From Armatimonadota bacterium (GTDB lineage: Bacteria > Sysuimicrobiota > Sysuimicrobiia > Sysuimicrobiales > Humicultoraceae): a stretch of DNA of 64,000 bases. A model generated the notes under the pieces. It did no database searches and was not told the origin of the DNA. It saw only the letters and a list, made by a program, of their open reading frames with translations. The position numbers were made by a program, and so were the translations under genes. The stretch lies in contig JBBIOM010000002.1 of NCBI GenBank assembly GCA_037443365.1, positions 1-64,000 on the forward strand. Reading direction: 5' to 3'. Below, piece by piece: positions 21,981-31,763 of the stretch; within the stretch, counting starts at the first letter, position 1, and every line of letters begins with the position of its first letter.

Positions 21981-22895
21981 CTAGCCCCGAAGGACGGCGA
22001 CGACGAGCGCCACAACCGCGACAGCCAGCAGCATGGCATAGTGACGGATCGCCTGATCGATCCTGTAGCGAGCGTGCGTGGCGGCGACAACGGTCACGAG
22101 CAACACCAACACGAGAACCTTGACCAGCACCGCAAAGGTGCCCAGAGGGAACGGCCAGGTGCTACCCCAGGGCACGAAGAGCGCACAGAAGAGCGCCCCG
22201 TACACGAGCAGTTTCGCCATCCTGGCGTACTTGAACAGGGCCAGCTTAGGCCCTGAGTATTCCATCACGGCGCCTTCCATGATCTCCGTCTCCGCCTCTG
22301 TGGAATCGTAGGGCAACCGACCCACAAACGCTTGGAATGCGAGCAGGATTACCCCGAGCATGATCAAGCCGGGGATCGGGAGTCCCTCTCCGGCGTAGGC
22401 GGAGCCGCCAAGTACCACGTCGAGCCGTAGTGTGCCCGTCTGGACCGCCCCGAGCATCAGCGCAACGGCCAGGAGCGGCTCCAGGGTGATCATCGACATC
22501 ATCTCCCGGCTCATCCCCAGCAGCGAGTAGGTTGATCCGGCGGCCAGACCCGCCAGCAACACGGAGATGCCGGAGAGCCCAAGGAGGTAGACCAGCACGA
22601 GCGCGTCGCTCACCGCCCCGAGAGGAGGTCGAGTGCCCATAGGGATCATCGTTGCGACGGTCAGCACAGAGGCCAACGACAGCCCGGCGGCCAGCCGCTG
22701 CATTCCCGGGATGACGCCCGACTCGATGTCCTCTTTGCCGAAGAGCTTCAGAATGTCCAGGTACGGCTGGATCAAGGGCGGGCCCTGTCGGGACTGGATA
22801 CGCGCGGTGAGCCGCCTCACGATGCCCTCGAAGAGCGGAGCCGCAAGGAGCACCAGCACAACGTTGAAGGCGGCGATCGCGATTGCCGTGATCAT
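21981..22895 (-). CDS. HycD/NuoH-like membrane subunit
   Basis: ARIQSRQGPP..QPY.D, PYD..EAETEIMEG..EYSG. Confidence 0.93.
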   Translation of the reverse strand: MITAIAIAAFNVVLVLLAAPLFEGIVRRLTARIQSRQGPPLIQPYLDILKLFGKEDIESGVIPGMQRLAAGLSLASVLTVATMIPMGTRPPLGAVSDALVLVYLLGLSGISVLLAGLAAGSTYSLLGMSREMMSMITLEPLLAVALMLGAVQTGTLRLDVVLGGSAYAGEGLPIPGLIMLGVILLAFQAFVGRLPYDSTEAETEIMEGAVMEYSGPKLALFKYARMAKLLVYGALFCALFVPWGSTWPFPLGTFAVLVKVLVLVLLVTVVAATHARYRIDQAIRHYAMLLAVAVVALVVAVLRG

Positions 22896-24568
22896 TGCCG
22901 CACGCTCCTTGCAAGGCGTAGCAGCTCGTCCTGTCCGTACACCCTAACTTGCTCCGTGCGCACGTCCACGACCTCAAGGCGGTCCGTGCACGAGAAACAC
23001 GGGTCTATGCTGCCCAGGGAGATCGCCATGTCGGCAAGCCGCTGCTCCTTGATCATCTCGGGTATGCCCTGCAGGTTCTGGTAGGTCGGGGCCCGTACTC
23101 GCCATCTCCGGGGGCGGTTCTCCTCGCCCGTGACGACGAAGTGGTGTGCCTCACCCCGCGGCGCCTCCACGGAAGAAACCCCGATCCTGCCCGCGGGTGG
23201 CTCGCTGTCGACTACCGCCGCGATCGGCCCGTCGGGCATCTTCTCAAGGCACTGCCTGATGATCCTGATGGACTCGAAGACCTCGAGGACTCGCACCACG
23301 AGGCGGGACCAGACGTCGGCGCCCTCCTGGGTCACCACGTCGAACTCCACCCTATCATAGGCGGCGTAGGGATGGTCGCGCCTGCAATCTATGGCAACTC
23401 CCGCCGCCCTGGCGATCGGTCCTACCAGAGCCATCTCCTTGACAAGGGCCCGGTCGGCTATCCCGACACCCTTGGTCCGGCGCTGGATATTGCGGTCCCC
23501 GCGCACAGCACTGGCAACCGCCAGCCACTCCTTCTCAAGAGTGTCCAGCACATCGCGGATCTCCGACTTGAGTTCCGGGGTGATCTCCCATCGGACACCA
23601 CCGATCACGCAGAGCGCGTAGGTCTTGCGGTTGCCGCTGATCTTCTCGGTGACCCACATAATCGGCTCACGCATCCTGAAGCTCTGCATGAAGAGAGTGT
23701 CGAATCCCAGGATGTGGCTGGCCAGTCCCACCCAGAGCAGGTGGCTGTGCAGCCGCTCGAGTTCCAGCATCACTGTCCGGATGAACTCGGCCCGGGCAGG
23801 CGGCTTGATGGCCGCGGCCTGTTCCACCGCCTGCGCGTAGGTGACGTTGTGCACGGACCCGCAGATGCCGCAGATGCGTTCGGCCAGCATGGGTATCTCG
23901 TTGTACGAGAGCACCGATTCCGAGAGCTTCTCGATGCCGCGGTGAACCATGAAGCCGCGATACTCGCACCCCTTGACCGTTTCACCGTCAACGTAGAGCC
24001 GGAAGTGCGCGGGCTCGTCGAGCGTCGGGTGGAATGGGCCGAAGGGAACCACGATGCAGCCCTCAGGAGGGTCGCGGAATACGTACTGCCGACTGTCGTC
24101 ATAGCCGGGGGGTACGTAGTTCCACGGAACATCCTTCCTCAACGGATGCTCGCCCTCTGGCCACCCATCGGGCAGTACAAGGCGCCCAGGCTCGGTGTGC
24201 CCCACAGGCTCGATCCCCAGGAGATCCTTGAACTCGCGCTCCGCCCAGTTGGCAGCAGGCACACCATCCACGATGCTATCGACGGACGCGTGGTTCCCGC
24301 GAAGGTATGCCAGGATGCACGCAAGCACGCGGTCTCTATCGAACGCGAAGGTGTGGGCGACTAGGTAGCGCCCACTGTAGGGCCGGTCGTCCATCCCGAT
24401 GCTGGTCACGTACCTCGCATCGAGATCCCGGAAGATGTAACGGCAGGCATCCTTGATGGCAGCCGGCATCACGTAAGCGAACAGCCGGTCATCCTGGGGG
24501 ATGTCCGCGCGCTGGATCCTTGCCTCGAAGCGCGCCTTTAGCTGGCTCAGAATTTCGCTCGCTGTCAT
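22892..24568 (-). CDS. Group 4 [NiFe] hydrogenase large subunit (HycE-like, NuoC-NuoD fused)
   Basis: L1 ERICGICG, L2 DPCFSCTDR with C-terminal extension, EAPRGE; all four Ni-binding Cys present. Confidence 0.94.
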   Translation of the reverse strand: MTASEILSQLKARFEARIQRADIPQDDRLFAYVMPAAIKDACRYIFRDLDARYVTSIGMDDRPYSGRYLVAHTFAFDRDRVLACILAYLRGNHASVDSIVDGVPAANWAEREFKDLLGIEPVGHTEPGRLVLPDGWPEGEHPLRKDVPWNYVPPGYDDSRQYVFRDPPEGCIVVPFGPFHPTLDEPAHFRLYVDGETVKGCEYRGFMVHRGIEKLSESVLSYNEIPMLAERICGICGSVHNVTYAQAVEQAAAIKPPARAEFIRTVMLELERLHSHLLWVGLASHILGFDTLFMQSFRMREPIMWVTEKISGNRKTYALCVIGGVRWEITPELKSEIRDVLDTLEKEWLAVASAVRGDRNIQRRTKGVGIADRALVKEMALVGPIARAAGVAIDCRRDHPYAAYDRVEFDVVTQEGADVWSRLVVRVLEVFESIRIIRQCLEKMPDGPIAAVVDSEPPAGRIGVSSVEAPRGEAHHFVVTGEENRPRRWRVRAPTYQNLQGIPEMIKEQRLADMAISLGSIDPCFSCTDRLEVVDVRTEQVRVYGQDELLRLARSVRQ

Positions 24569-24597
24569 CTCACTCCGACCTCGTCATGATTGGACCT

Positions 24598-26553
24598 CTA
24601 CGAGACATCCCGGCCCGGCGGGACCTCTCCGGGCCAAGCGCCGGGCGCTGTGACGTGCTCGCGCGAAGCCCCCCCCAGCCACCGGAACCTGTGCTTGATC
24701 TCTCCGTAGAGGTTGTGTGCAACATAGCGGTGCGCCTCGGACTCCTGCGCGTAGCCGCACAGCCAAACCTCGGCGGTCCGCCGCGGCGCCGCTCCGAGCC
24801 GGGAGAGCCCCGCCGCGGCCAGCAGAAGCCCAGCCATGACCGCGGCAAGCACCAACGGCGCTAGGATCGCTTGACCGCCCAGGACCTGCAGGCCGGACCA
24901 CGGCAGCACCTCACCAAGCGGCTGCGTCATGGGACTCGCGAACATTGCACCCAGCCCAGAACCGCTCCCGGCGAGCGCGGCTCCAAACACCCCGTATGCC
25001 ACGACAGGAGCAACGCCGAAGAACACGCACAGGCCGGCAAGTGCCAGTTGCGGGGCCTGCATCGGCCAGTCGACCTCCATGGGGCCCCGGGCCGCGCGCC
25101 TTGCCACCAAGTCACTGGTGCGCGACAGAAAGGTCGCGCCGAAGAACTTCATAAACGAGGCAAGGGTCAGGACGCTGGTCAGGATCGCCACGACGCCGTA
25201 GACGGCTAGGTAGCCGGCCCATGGGCTACCCATGAAGGCAGCGACGTAGATGGTCCACTTGCTCGCGAAGCCGTTGAACAGGGGCACGCCAGCAATGGAG
25301 AAGGATGCCACAAGGGACGTGACCGCCGTTACCGGCATCGCCTTCATCAATCCCCCGAGCCTGTTCAGATCCTGGGTATCGGTGGCATTCAGCACGGAGC
25401 CGGCGTTGAGGAACAGCAGGCTCTTGAACGTAGCGTGGTTGGCAGTGTGGTACAGCGCCCCGTACAGCGCCAGCGTGGCGAGGGCGGCTGCGCCTGCTCC
25501 CTGATCTGTCTGGCCGACGAGGGCCAGGGCCGCCCCCATTCCAAGCACTATGTACCCCACCTGCCCGATACTGTGAAAAGCAAGCAGGCGCTTGGTCTGC
25601 TCTTGCCTGAGGGCCTGCATCGTGCCAACGAACAGCGTAACCGCACCGAGGGTGGCCAGCACGCCTCCCCAGACCGCGGCTGGGAAGAGCGCGATCGCCT
25701 CTGCCGGCACAAGCCAGAAAAAGGACCGCATCAGGCCGTAGACGCCGGTCTTGATCATGACGCCCGACAGCAGGGCACTGACTGGGGACGGAGCGGCAGG
25801 ATGGGCATCGGGCAGCCACATCTGACCGAATGGCCAGACTCCCGACTTGATGCCGAAGCCGATCAGCATCAGAACAAGCGCGGCGGCCACCGCACCCGCG
25901 TCGGCCTGGAGCAAGCCGGGCATCGCTGCGCCGAGCGCATCGAAGTCATACTTCGCGAGCCCGCCGTCAGGCGCGGTCTCGCCGCGGCCCAATATCGCGG
26001 CACCCATCATCACGAGCACGCAGGCGATCTGCATCATGAAGAGGTAGCGGTTGGCCGCGGCGACGTTCTCGCGCTTCCGGTTCTCGTAGCGTATCAGCGC
26101 AAACGACGGGAGCGTCATCAGTTGCCAGAAGACGAAGAAGAAGAACATCAGGTCTGTCGTGGTAAGGACTCCGTACATCCCGCCGACGAAGAGCAGAAAG
26201 TGCGGGTAGTAGCGCCCCACGCCGTAATCTTTGTAGTGCTGCATGTATCTCACGGAGTATAGCGCCGCCAGTAGCGCGACTGCCGCCACCAGGACAAGGA
26301 ACACGGCGCTCAGACCATCCACGTGAATCCTCAGGCTGGAGCCAAGCCGCGGCAATGACAGATAGGACTCGGGAAGGTCGTGACCTCCTGTCAACACCCT
26401 GGCGGACGCCAGGAAGATCAGCCCGCTGGAGAGGGCAACCGCCCCGAAGGATGCCCAGCCCGCAGCGACCTTGGACCTGGACGCAAGCAGACTGACCACG
26501 GCGCCGACGGTACATACAGCGATCGCGAGCATTACGGCGAAGGGTGCGGTCAT
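24598..26553 (-). CDS. HycC/HyfB-like antiporter-type membrane subunit
   Basis: WLPDAHPAAPSPVSALLSGVMIK, KRLLAFHS, HATFKSLLFL, NGFASKW. Confidence 0.92.
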   Translation of the reverse strand: MTAPFAVMLAIAVCTVGAVVSLLASRSKVAAGWASFGAVALSSGLIFLASARVLTGGHDLPESYLSLPRLGSSLRIHVDGLSAVFLVLVAAVALLAALYSVRYMQHYKDYGVGRYYPHFLLFVGGMYGVLTTTDLMFFFFVFWQLMTLPSFALIRYENRKRENVAAANRYLFMMQIACVLVMMGAAILGRGETAPDGGLAKYDFDALGAAMPGLLQADAGAVAAALVLMLIGFGIKSGVWPFGQMWLPDAHPAAPSPVSALLSGVMIKTGVYGLMRSFFWLVPAEAIALFPAAVWGGVLATLGAVTLFVGTMQALRQEQTKRLLAFHSIGQVGYIVLGMGAALALVGQTDQGAGAAALATLALYGALYHTANHATFKSLLFLNAGSVLNATDTQDLNRLGGLMKAMPVTAVTSLVASFSIAGVPLFNGFASKWTIYVAAFMGSPWAGYLAVYGVVAILTSVLTLASFMKFFGATFLSRTSDLVARRAARGPMEVDWPMQAPQLALAGLCVFFGVAPVVAYGVFGAALAGSGSGLGAMFASPMTQPLGEVLPWSGLQVLGGQAILAPLVLAAVMAGLLLAAAGLSRLGAAPRRTAEVWLCGYAQESEAHRYVAHNLYGEIKHRFRWLGGASREHVTAPGAWPGEVPPGRDVS

Positions 26554-27062
26554 GACCCTGTACTCCTCGTGTGTTCTTCACGGCCTGTGCGAAGCGTCTC
26601 GCCAATCAGCACCCTGAGGGCGTCCATCGACTCCCTGACCTCTCTTGACAGCCCTCCGGCGCGGCGGAGTCGACCGGGCCTGACCCCCAGGAGCCAGACC
26701 CGGGAGTCGCATTGCGACTCGATGAGGCGCGCGAGCGTGCCCAGCGAGAACTTGTGCGTGGAGAGTTGCGGGTAGGCTGCCACCATCTCCTCCTGCCGGA
26801 GTAGGATCGCTGAGCCCGCAGGAGCGTCCACCTCCACGGCGTCAAGGAACACCACGCTGTCGAACCCCTCCCTTGCGATCTTGCCGACCCACCGCTCGGG
26901 TGCAGTACCGGCGCTTATCACCACCGCCGTCTCGGCTCCGTCGAGGGCTTCCGCCAGTCTCACGCCGAAGCCATCGTCCCCAAGGTCAACGTTACCTACA
27001 CCCACCAGGCAGACCTTCCCCGCCAGGCAGCGGCGCAGATCAGCGCGCAGATCTCCTGTCAA
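26550..27062 (-). CDS. HycI-like hydrogenase maturation protease
   Basis: VGVGN..GDDGFG, GTAPE, DAV, STHK. TTG start overlaps the upstream stop. Confidence 0.88.
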   Translation of the reverse strand: MTGDLRADLRRCLAGKVCLVGVGNVDLGDDGFGVRLAEALDGAETAVVISAGTAPERWVGKIAREGFDSVVFLDAVEVDAPAGSAILLRQEEMVAAYPQLSTHKFSLGTLARLIESQCDSRVWLLGVRPGRLRRAGGLSREVRESMDALRVLIGETLRTGREEHTRSTGS

Positions 27063-27907
27063 ATGACCTCTCCCAGCCTGCGGATCTGCTCGTAGGTGAA
27101 GACCGGTCCGTCGGTGCAGACATATGCCACGCCTATGCAGCAGTGGCCGCACTTGCCGACACCGCACTTCATGTACCGCTCGAGCGTGGAGACTATGTTG
27201 CCGTCAGCATAGCCCATCCCCTGGAGATCCCGGAGGACAAACCGAAACATCACGGGCGGGCCGCAGACGAAGGCTGTCGTGTTCTCGATCGGCATCTGGA
27301 CGTCCGGGCGCTTGAAGAGCGACCCGACGACGCCCACGTGACCCCTCCACTGTGAGTCCGCGGAGTCAACGGTCAGCCAGCAGTCAAAGGCAGGGTCCTT
27401 CTGCCACCGCTCGAGATCCTCGACATACATCAGGTCCTTGGGCGTACGCGCGCCGTAGAAGACCTGGATCCTCCCAAACCTCTCCCGGTTGTGAAGGGCG
27501 TAGACTATGCAAGAACGCAGCGGTATCAGCCCGATGCCGCCGGCGACGAACACGAGGTTGCGCCCATAGTAGCTCTCCATCGGAAAGCCGTTGCCGTAGG
27601 GACCGCGCACTCCTACGGCCGCCCCCGGCCGCAACTCGTGCAGCGCCGCGGTCACACTGCCGACCCTGCGAACGGTGAAGAACGTCTCTGCCTCGGTGGG
27701 GCTAGGCGGCAGCGATATCGCTATCTCCCCGGCCCCGAAGACAGAGAGCATGGCGAACTGTCCGGGCATGAACCGCCCAAACGCTTCCTGCTCGGCCGGA
27801 TCCTCGAACCGCCAGTAGAAGGTCTTGACGTCCTCGATCTCGTCCACCACCCGCTCGATGGTGGCGGGCTTTGGCAGGTAGATGTTCTCAGTCTGCTGCG
27901 GGCTCAT
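27059..27907 (-). CDS. AsrB/HydG-like FAD/NAD(P)-binding 2Fe-2S oxidoreductase
   Basis: PGQF, RGPYGNGF, AGGIGLIPLRS, CGPPVM, ERYMKCGVGKCGHC. Confidence 0.92.
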   Translation of the reverse strand: MSPQQTENIYLPKPATIERVVDEIEDVKTFYWRFEDPAEQEAFGRFMPGQFAMLSVFGAGEIAISLPPSPTEAETFFTVRRVGSVTAALHELRPGAAVGVRGPYGNGFPMESYYGRNLVFVAGGIGLIPLRSCIVYALHNRERFGRIQVFYGARTPKDLMYVEDLERWQKDPAFDCWLTVDSADSQWRGHVGVVGSLFKRPDVQMPIENTTAFVCGPPVMFRFVLRDLQGMGYADGNIVSTLERYMKCGVGKCGHCCIGVAYVCTDGPVFTYEQIRRLGEVI

Positions 27908-29004
27908 CGCGTCTCATTCCTCGCTGCCGCCGCTCTCCGGATGATCTCTACTACGCTAGGCATGCCGACGTCACCGTGGCAGACCTCCACGCACCGGCCG
28001 CATCCGACGCATGCCACCGACAGCTCGCGCTGAACGAAGTAGTGCGACAACTTGCGGAAGAATCGCCGGTTCCGCCGGTCGTGAACCGCCTTCCGGGGGT
28101 TGTGTCCTCCGGCCATGCGCGTGAATCCGGTAAGCGCGCACGAGTCCCACAGCCGGATGCGCTCGGTAACCCCATCGGCCGTGCTTCGGTCTGTGACGGT
28201 GAAGCAAGTGCATGTGGGGCAGACATAGCTGCACCCGCCACACTCGAGGCACCGGTTGCCGATCTCCTCCCATGTCTTCTCGCCCACCTCGCCGAGGCTG
28301 ATCAGACGAGAGGCCATCGAGTACCAGCTTGTCACATCCTTAAAGCGCTTGCGGACCTCTGAGAGGATCTCCCTCCGCCTGGCCACGTGTGCCGGCGTGG
28401 CCTGCCTGCATGCCGGGTGCGAGAGCACCGCCTCTCCCGCAGGCGAGCCCGCCACGATCATGTACTCCCCGCCGAGGTGCATGAGCTGGAGATCGAACAG
28501 CTCACGGGCGGCAGGGCCGGTGTCGGCGCAAACGCAGAAGCAGTCGTCGTCAATGTCGAGCTCGGTGTCGGTGCAGACGACGTTCACGAAAAAGAGATTC
28601 CTGCGAAGCCTCTCGTAGTAGGTGTCCCGGTACTCCCTACCCAAGAAGAAGCGGTCGAGGTGGCCGATGGCGGCGAGGTCACAGGAGCGGATCCCAAAGA
28701 TCGCCAGCCTCGGTTCATCCTCCGGCACATCTATCCGCAGCTGTCCCCCACCGGTCCTCCTGGTCGTCAGGATGGTCCGCCTCGCCGTGAGCAGCCGGTG
28801 GATTTGCGGCAGGACGTACCGCTTGGGCGGGTAGTAGGGGTTCGGCAGGTGAAGCTGCACGCTGTCGCGATTCGCGTCGGTGACGACATCGAAGACTGTG
28901 TCGCGACCCCTCCCGAAGAACGGGGCTACGACCTGATATCTGTCCCTCCGGAGGAAGTCCACGATCTTCAACACGTCCGCTCTGTCTATGACTCTGGCCC
29001 GCAT
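27904..29004 (-). CDS. AsrA/HydB-like 4Fe-4S protein
   Basis: GIRSCD, CFC, CLECGGCSYVCPTCTC, WDSC, CVGCGRCVEVC. Confidence 0.92.
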   Translation of the reverse strand: MRARVIDRADVLKIVDFLRRDRYQVVAPFFGRGRDTVFDVVTDANRDSVQLHLPNPYYPPKRYVLPQIHRLLTARRTILTTRRTGGGQLRIDVPEDEPRLAIFGIRSCDLAAIGHLDRFFLGREYRDTYYERLRRNLFFVNVVCTDTELDIDDDCFCVCADTGPAARELFDLQLMHLGGEYMIVAGSPAGEAVLSHPACRQATPAHVARRREILSEVRKRFKDVTSWYSMASRLISLGEVGEKTWEEIGNRCLECGGCSYVCPTCTCFTVTDRSTADGVTERIRLWDSCALTGFTRMAGGHNPRKAVHDRRNRRFFRKLSHYFVQRELSVACVGCGRCVEVCHGDVGMPSVVEIIRRAAAARNETR

Positions 29005-29006
29005 CG

Positions 29007-31043
29007 CTACACCCTCTCAACCCTGGCGCAGATCGGCCAGTCCGAGCTGCCCCCACTGCTATCCGGCTCTCCGAAGAGCTGGCCGATAACCTCGTGCAGG
29101 AAGAAGGGGATGAATATGGTCCCGCGTTTGACGCTGCCGGTTACGCGGGCCGTGCTCACGGCCGACCCGTTCAATGTGGTGATCCTAACCTTCCCCGAAT
29201 CACGAACCCCGAGCTCACGCGCATCCTCAGGATTGATGTCCACGAAGCCCTCCGGGTAGTCGAGTTGGAGGACCCTGTGCTCACGCTTGAGCGTCTCGCT
29301 GTGCTGGACCAGGACGTTGTGGTGCCAGTAGTAGAGCGACCTGCCCACTATCAGAGCGAACGGGTACTCGGCAATCATGCACGATCCGGCCATCTCAGGC
29401 ATTGGGAAGGGCGCCAATCTGAACGGCTCCGAGGGCGCCTCGTCCGCGAACAGCAGCGCCGTTCCGAGAGGCCTGTCTGCCGTGCAAGGCCACTGCCGCC
29501 CGTACTCGCGCGAGAGATTATCGTAGCTGGCCCCCTCGTAGAACGGCACCGCCCGCCTTATCTCGTCCATCACTTGCGAGGACGAGGTGTAGGACCAGCG
29601 TGCGCCGAGCCTGTTCGCTACGCGCACGATCTGATCCCAGGCAGGTAACGGGCCTGGGGGAGGGTCTATGACCTTCTCGGCAAGCTGTATTCGCCGCTCG
29701 GTGCTCGTGAAGGTGGCCCTCTCCTCTCCGAAGGCCACGACCGGCAGGATCACGTCGGCGCGTTGCGCCGTCTCGGTCATGAACAGGTGCTGAACGACCA
29801 TGAAGTCCAACCTGTCGAGGGCCGCGACGATCGAGGCACGCGCGTAGGCGGTGGCGGGGTCGTGGCGGTCGATCCACAGTGCCCGGATCGAGCCGTCGAA
29901 TGCTGCCTCAATCATGCCTCGAGTGGTCAGGCCGGGCCTGGTGGAAATCGGTGCACCCCAGAGAGACTCGAAGTGCCTGCGCGCCGCCTCGTCGTTCACC
30001 GAGGCGTAGCCAGGCAGGAGTTGGGGCTGTACTCCAACGTCGCAGGTCCCCTGGAGGTTGTTATGCTCGGCCAGGGGCATGACTCCCGTGCCCTTCCTAC
30101 CGACGTTACCGGTCAGCAGCGCCAGGTCCACCATGCTCCTGATGGTATCGGCCCCGCGCGCCTCCGCGCCGGTGGCGTACATGATCATGCCGCGCTGCCC
30201 GGAAGCGAAGGCGATGGCCGCGCTCTCCAGAAGACCGGGGGGGATGTCGCAGGCATCCGCCACCCACAAGGCATCGTAGGCGTGCACGGAGGCAAGGAAC
30301 GCCTCGTAGTTCTGACAGCGGCTCTTGAGGAACTTGAGATCCGCAAGGCCGCGGTCCACGATCACCTTGGCCATGGCGCCGTAGAGCAGCCGGTCGGTCC
30401 CAGGCCTAGTTTGCAGGAAGAAATCGGCATGCTCGGCTATCCTGTGCCGCCTCGGATCGATGACTATGAGCTTCGCCCCGCCCATCTTCGCGCGGATGAC
30501 CCTCCCGCCGATGGTCGGCAACTGCAGGGCCAGGTCCACGCCGTTCACCACTATGACGTCGCTCTGCTCGATGTCGGCGATGGAGTTGGTTGCCGCGGGA
30601 ACTCCCAGCATCTCCATGAGGACCTCGATGCTGGCGGAGCGATAGGCGCCCATCCCGTGATCCACATTGTTCGTGCCGACCACCGCCCGGGCAAGCTTCT
30701 GGAGAAGGAAGCCCTCCTCGTTCGAGCAGCGAGGTGAGTTGATGAACCCGATCGCGTCAGGGCCATGCTCGCTGCGGATGTGCTTGAGGCGGGCGGCGAC
30801 GAAGCTCGTGGCCTCGTCCCAGGACGCCTCCCTGAACCCCCCCCCGTCGCGGATGAGTGGTTGCTTGAGCCGATCCGGCGAGCTGGCGACCTCATGTACG
30901 TTCCAGCCCCGCACGCAGATCCGGCCCTGGTTGGCGGGGTGGGACATGCTCGGGTAGCCCCCCGTGATCCTGAAGCCGTCCTCCTCCAAGTAGATTCCGC
31001 ACCCAACGCCACAGAAGGTACAAGTGGTTAGTATGTGCGCCAT
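29007..31043 (-). CDS. FdhF-like molybdopterin oxidoreductase family protein with non-canonical active site
   Basis: CTFCGVGC...C cluster, GTNNVDH, TNSI, IDPR, TETA, TERRIQ present. The C/U-H motif reads Y-R and PLRG reads PLAE. Confidence 0.9.
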   Translation of the reverse strand: MAHILTTCTFCGVGCGIYLEEDGFRITGGYPSMSHPANQGRICVRGWNVHEVASSPDRLKQPLIRDGGGFREASWDEATSFVAARLKHIRSEHGPDAIGFINSPRCSNEEGFLLQKLARAVVGTNNVDHGMGAYRSASIEVLMEMLGVPAATNSIADIEQSDVIVVNGVDLALQLPTIGGRVIRAKMGGAKLIVIDPRRHRIAEHADFFLQTRPGTDRLLYGAMAKVIVDRGLADLKFLKSRCQNYEAFLASVHAYDALWVADACDIPPGLLESAAIAFASGQRGMIMYATGAEARGADTIRSMVDLALLTGNVGRKGTGVMPLAEHNNLQGTCDVGVQPQLLPGYASVNDEAARRHFESLWGAPISTRPGLTTRGMIEAAFDGSIRALWIDRHDPATAYARASIVAALDRLDFMVVQHLFMTETAQRADVILPVVAFGEERATFTSTERRIQLAEKVIDPPPGPLPAWDQIVRVANRLGARWSYTSSSQVMDEIRRAVPFYEGASYDNLSREYGRQWPCTADRPLGTALLFADEAPSEPFRLAPFPMPEMAGSCMIAEYPFALIVGRSLYYWHHNVLVQHSETLKREHRVLQLDYPEGFVDINPEDARELGVRDSGKVRITTLNGSAVSTARVTGSVKRGTIFIPFFLHEVIGQLFGEPDSSGGSSDWPICARVERV

Positions 31044-31094
31044 TCTCACCAACCTCGATGGGATTCTTCTGCTGCGCTCATCAGATCGCTTCCG

Positions 31095-31763
31095 TCATCC
31101 CGCCTTTCCAAGCGCCTCTCGTCCCGTCTCAATCCATGAAATCCACGCGTCGATCCCCTCTCCCGTCCGCGCCGAGAGGGGGAACAGCGGCGCTTGCGAG
31201 ACCGCCCGCAGCCCCGCGGTGAACGCGTCGACCGAGAATCCCGTGGCCCGCAGGAGGTCGGTCTTGTTCAGCACCACCGCTGAGGCCCTCGCAAATGTGC
31301 TCGGGTACTTCAGCGGCTTATCGTCTCCCTCCGGCACGCTGGCCACGACGGCGCGGAGGTGTTCCCCCAGGTCGTAGGCCGTGGGACAGACGAGGTTGCC
31401 GACGTTCTCAACGAACAGCACCTTGATCTGGTCAAGCGGCAGCCGCAGGAGGGCGGTTCGCACAAGGTTGGCGTCGAGGTGGCAGGCGTCGCCGACCAGC
31501 CGCGTCTCGATCTGCACCGCTGGCACCCCGCACCGCCCGATTCGCTCGGCGTCGCGCGACGTGGCGATGTCACCCTCGATAACGCCCATCGAGACCCGCA
31601 AGTGCAGGGCTGCCGCCGTTGCCTCCAGCAGCGCGGTCTTGCCGCTGCCCGGGGATCCGATGATGTTGATCGCAAGGACTCCCGCCCGATCCAGCGTTGC
31701 GCGCACTTCCTCAGCCAGTGCGTCATTGGCCTTCAGAACCCTCTCGACGATCTCGATTCGCAT
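31095..31763 (-). CDS. hypB: Hydrogenase nickel incorporation GTPase HypB
   Basis: GSPGSGKT, CHLDA, ENVGNLVCP, EGDDKPLKYP, NKTD. Confidence 0.96.
   Translation of the reverse strand: MRIEIVERVLKANDALAEEVRATLDRAGVLAINIIGSPGSGKTALLEATAAALHLRVSMGVIEGDIATSRDAERIGRCGVPAVQIETRLVGDACHLDANLVRTALLRLPLDQIKVLFVENVGNLVCPTAYDLGEHLRAVVASVPEGDDKPLKYPSTFARASAVVLNKTDLLRATGFSVDAFTAGLRAVSQAPLFPLSARTGEGIDAWISWIETGREALGKAG

Noticed and set aside
20885-26553. Complex I or Ehr/Mbx assignment
   Set aside because: The large subunit has both CxxC Ni motifs, a cleavable tail and a dedicated protease.
27059-29004. Anaerobic sulfite reductase
   Set aside because: No siroheme AsrC gene in the window.
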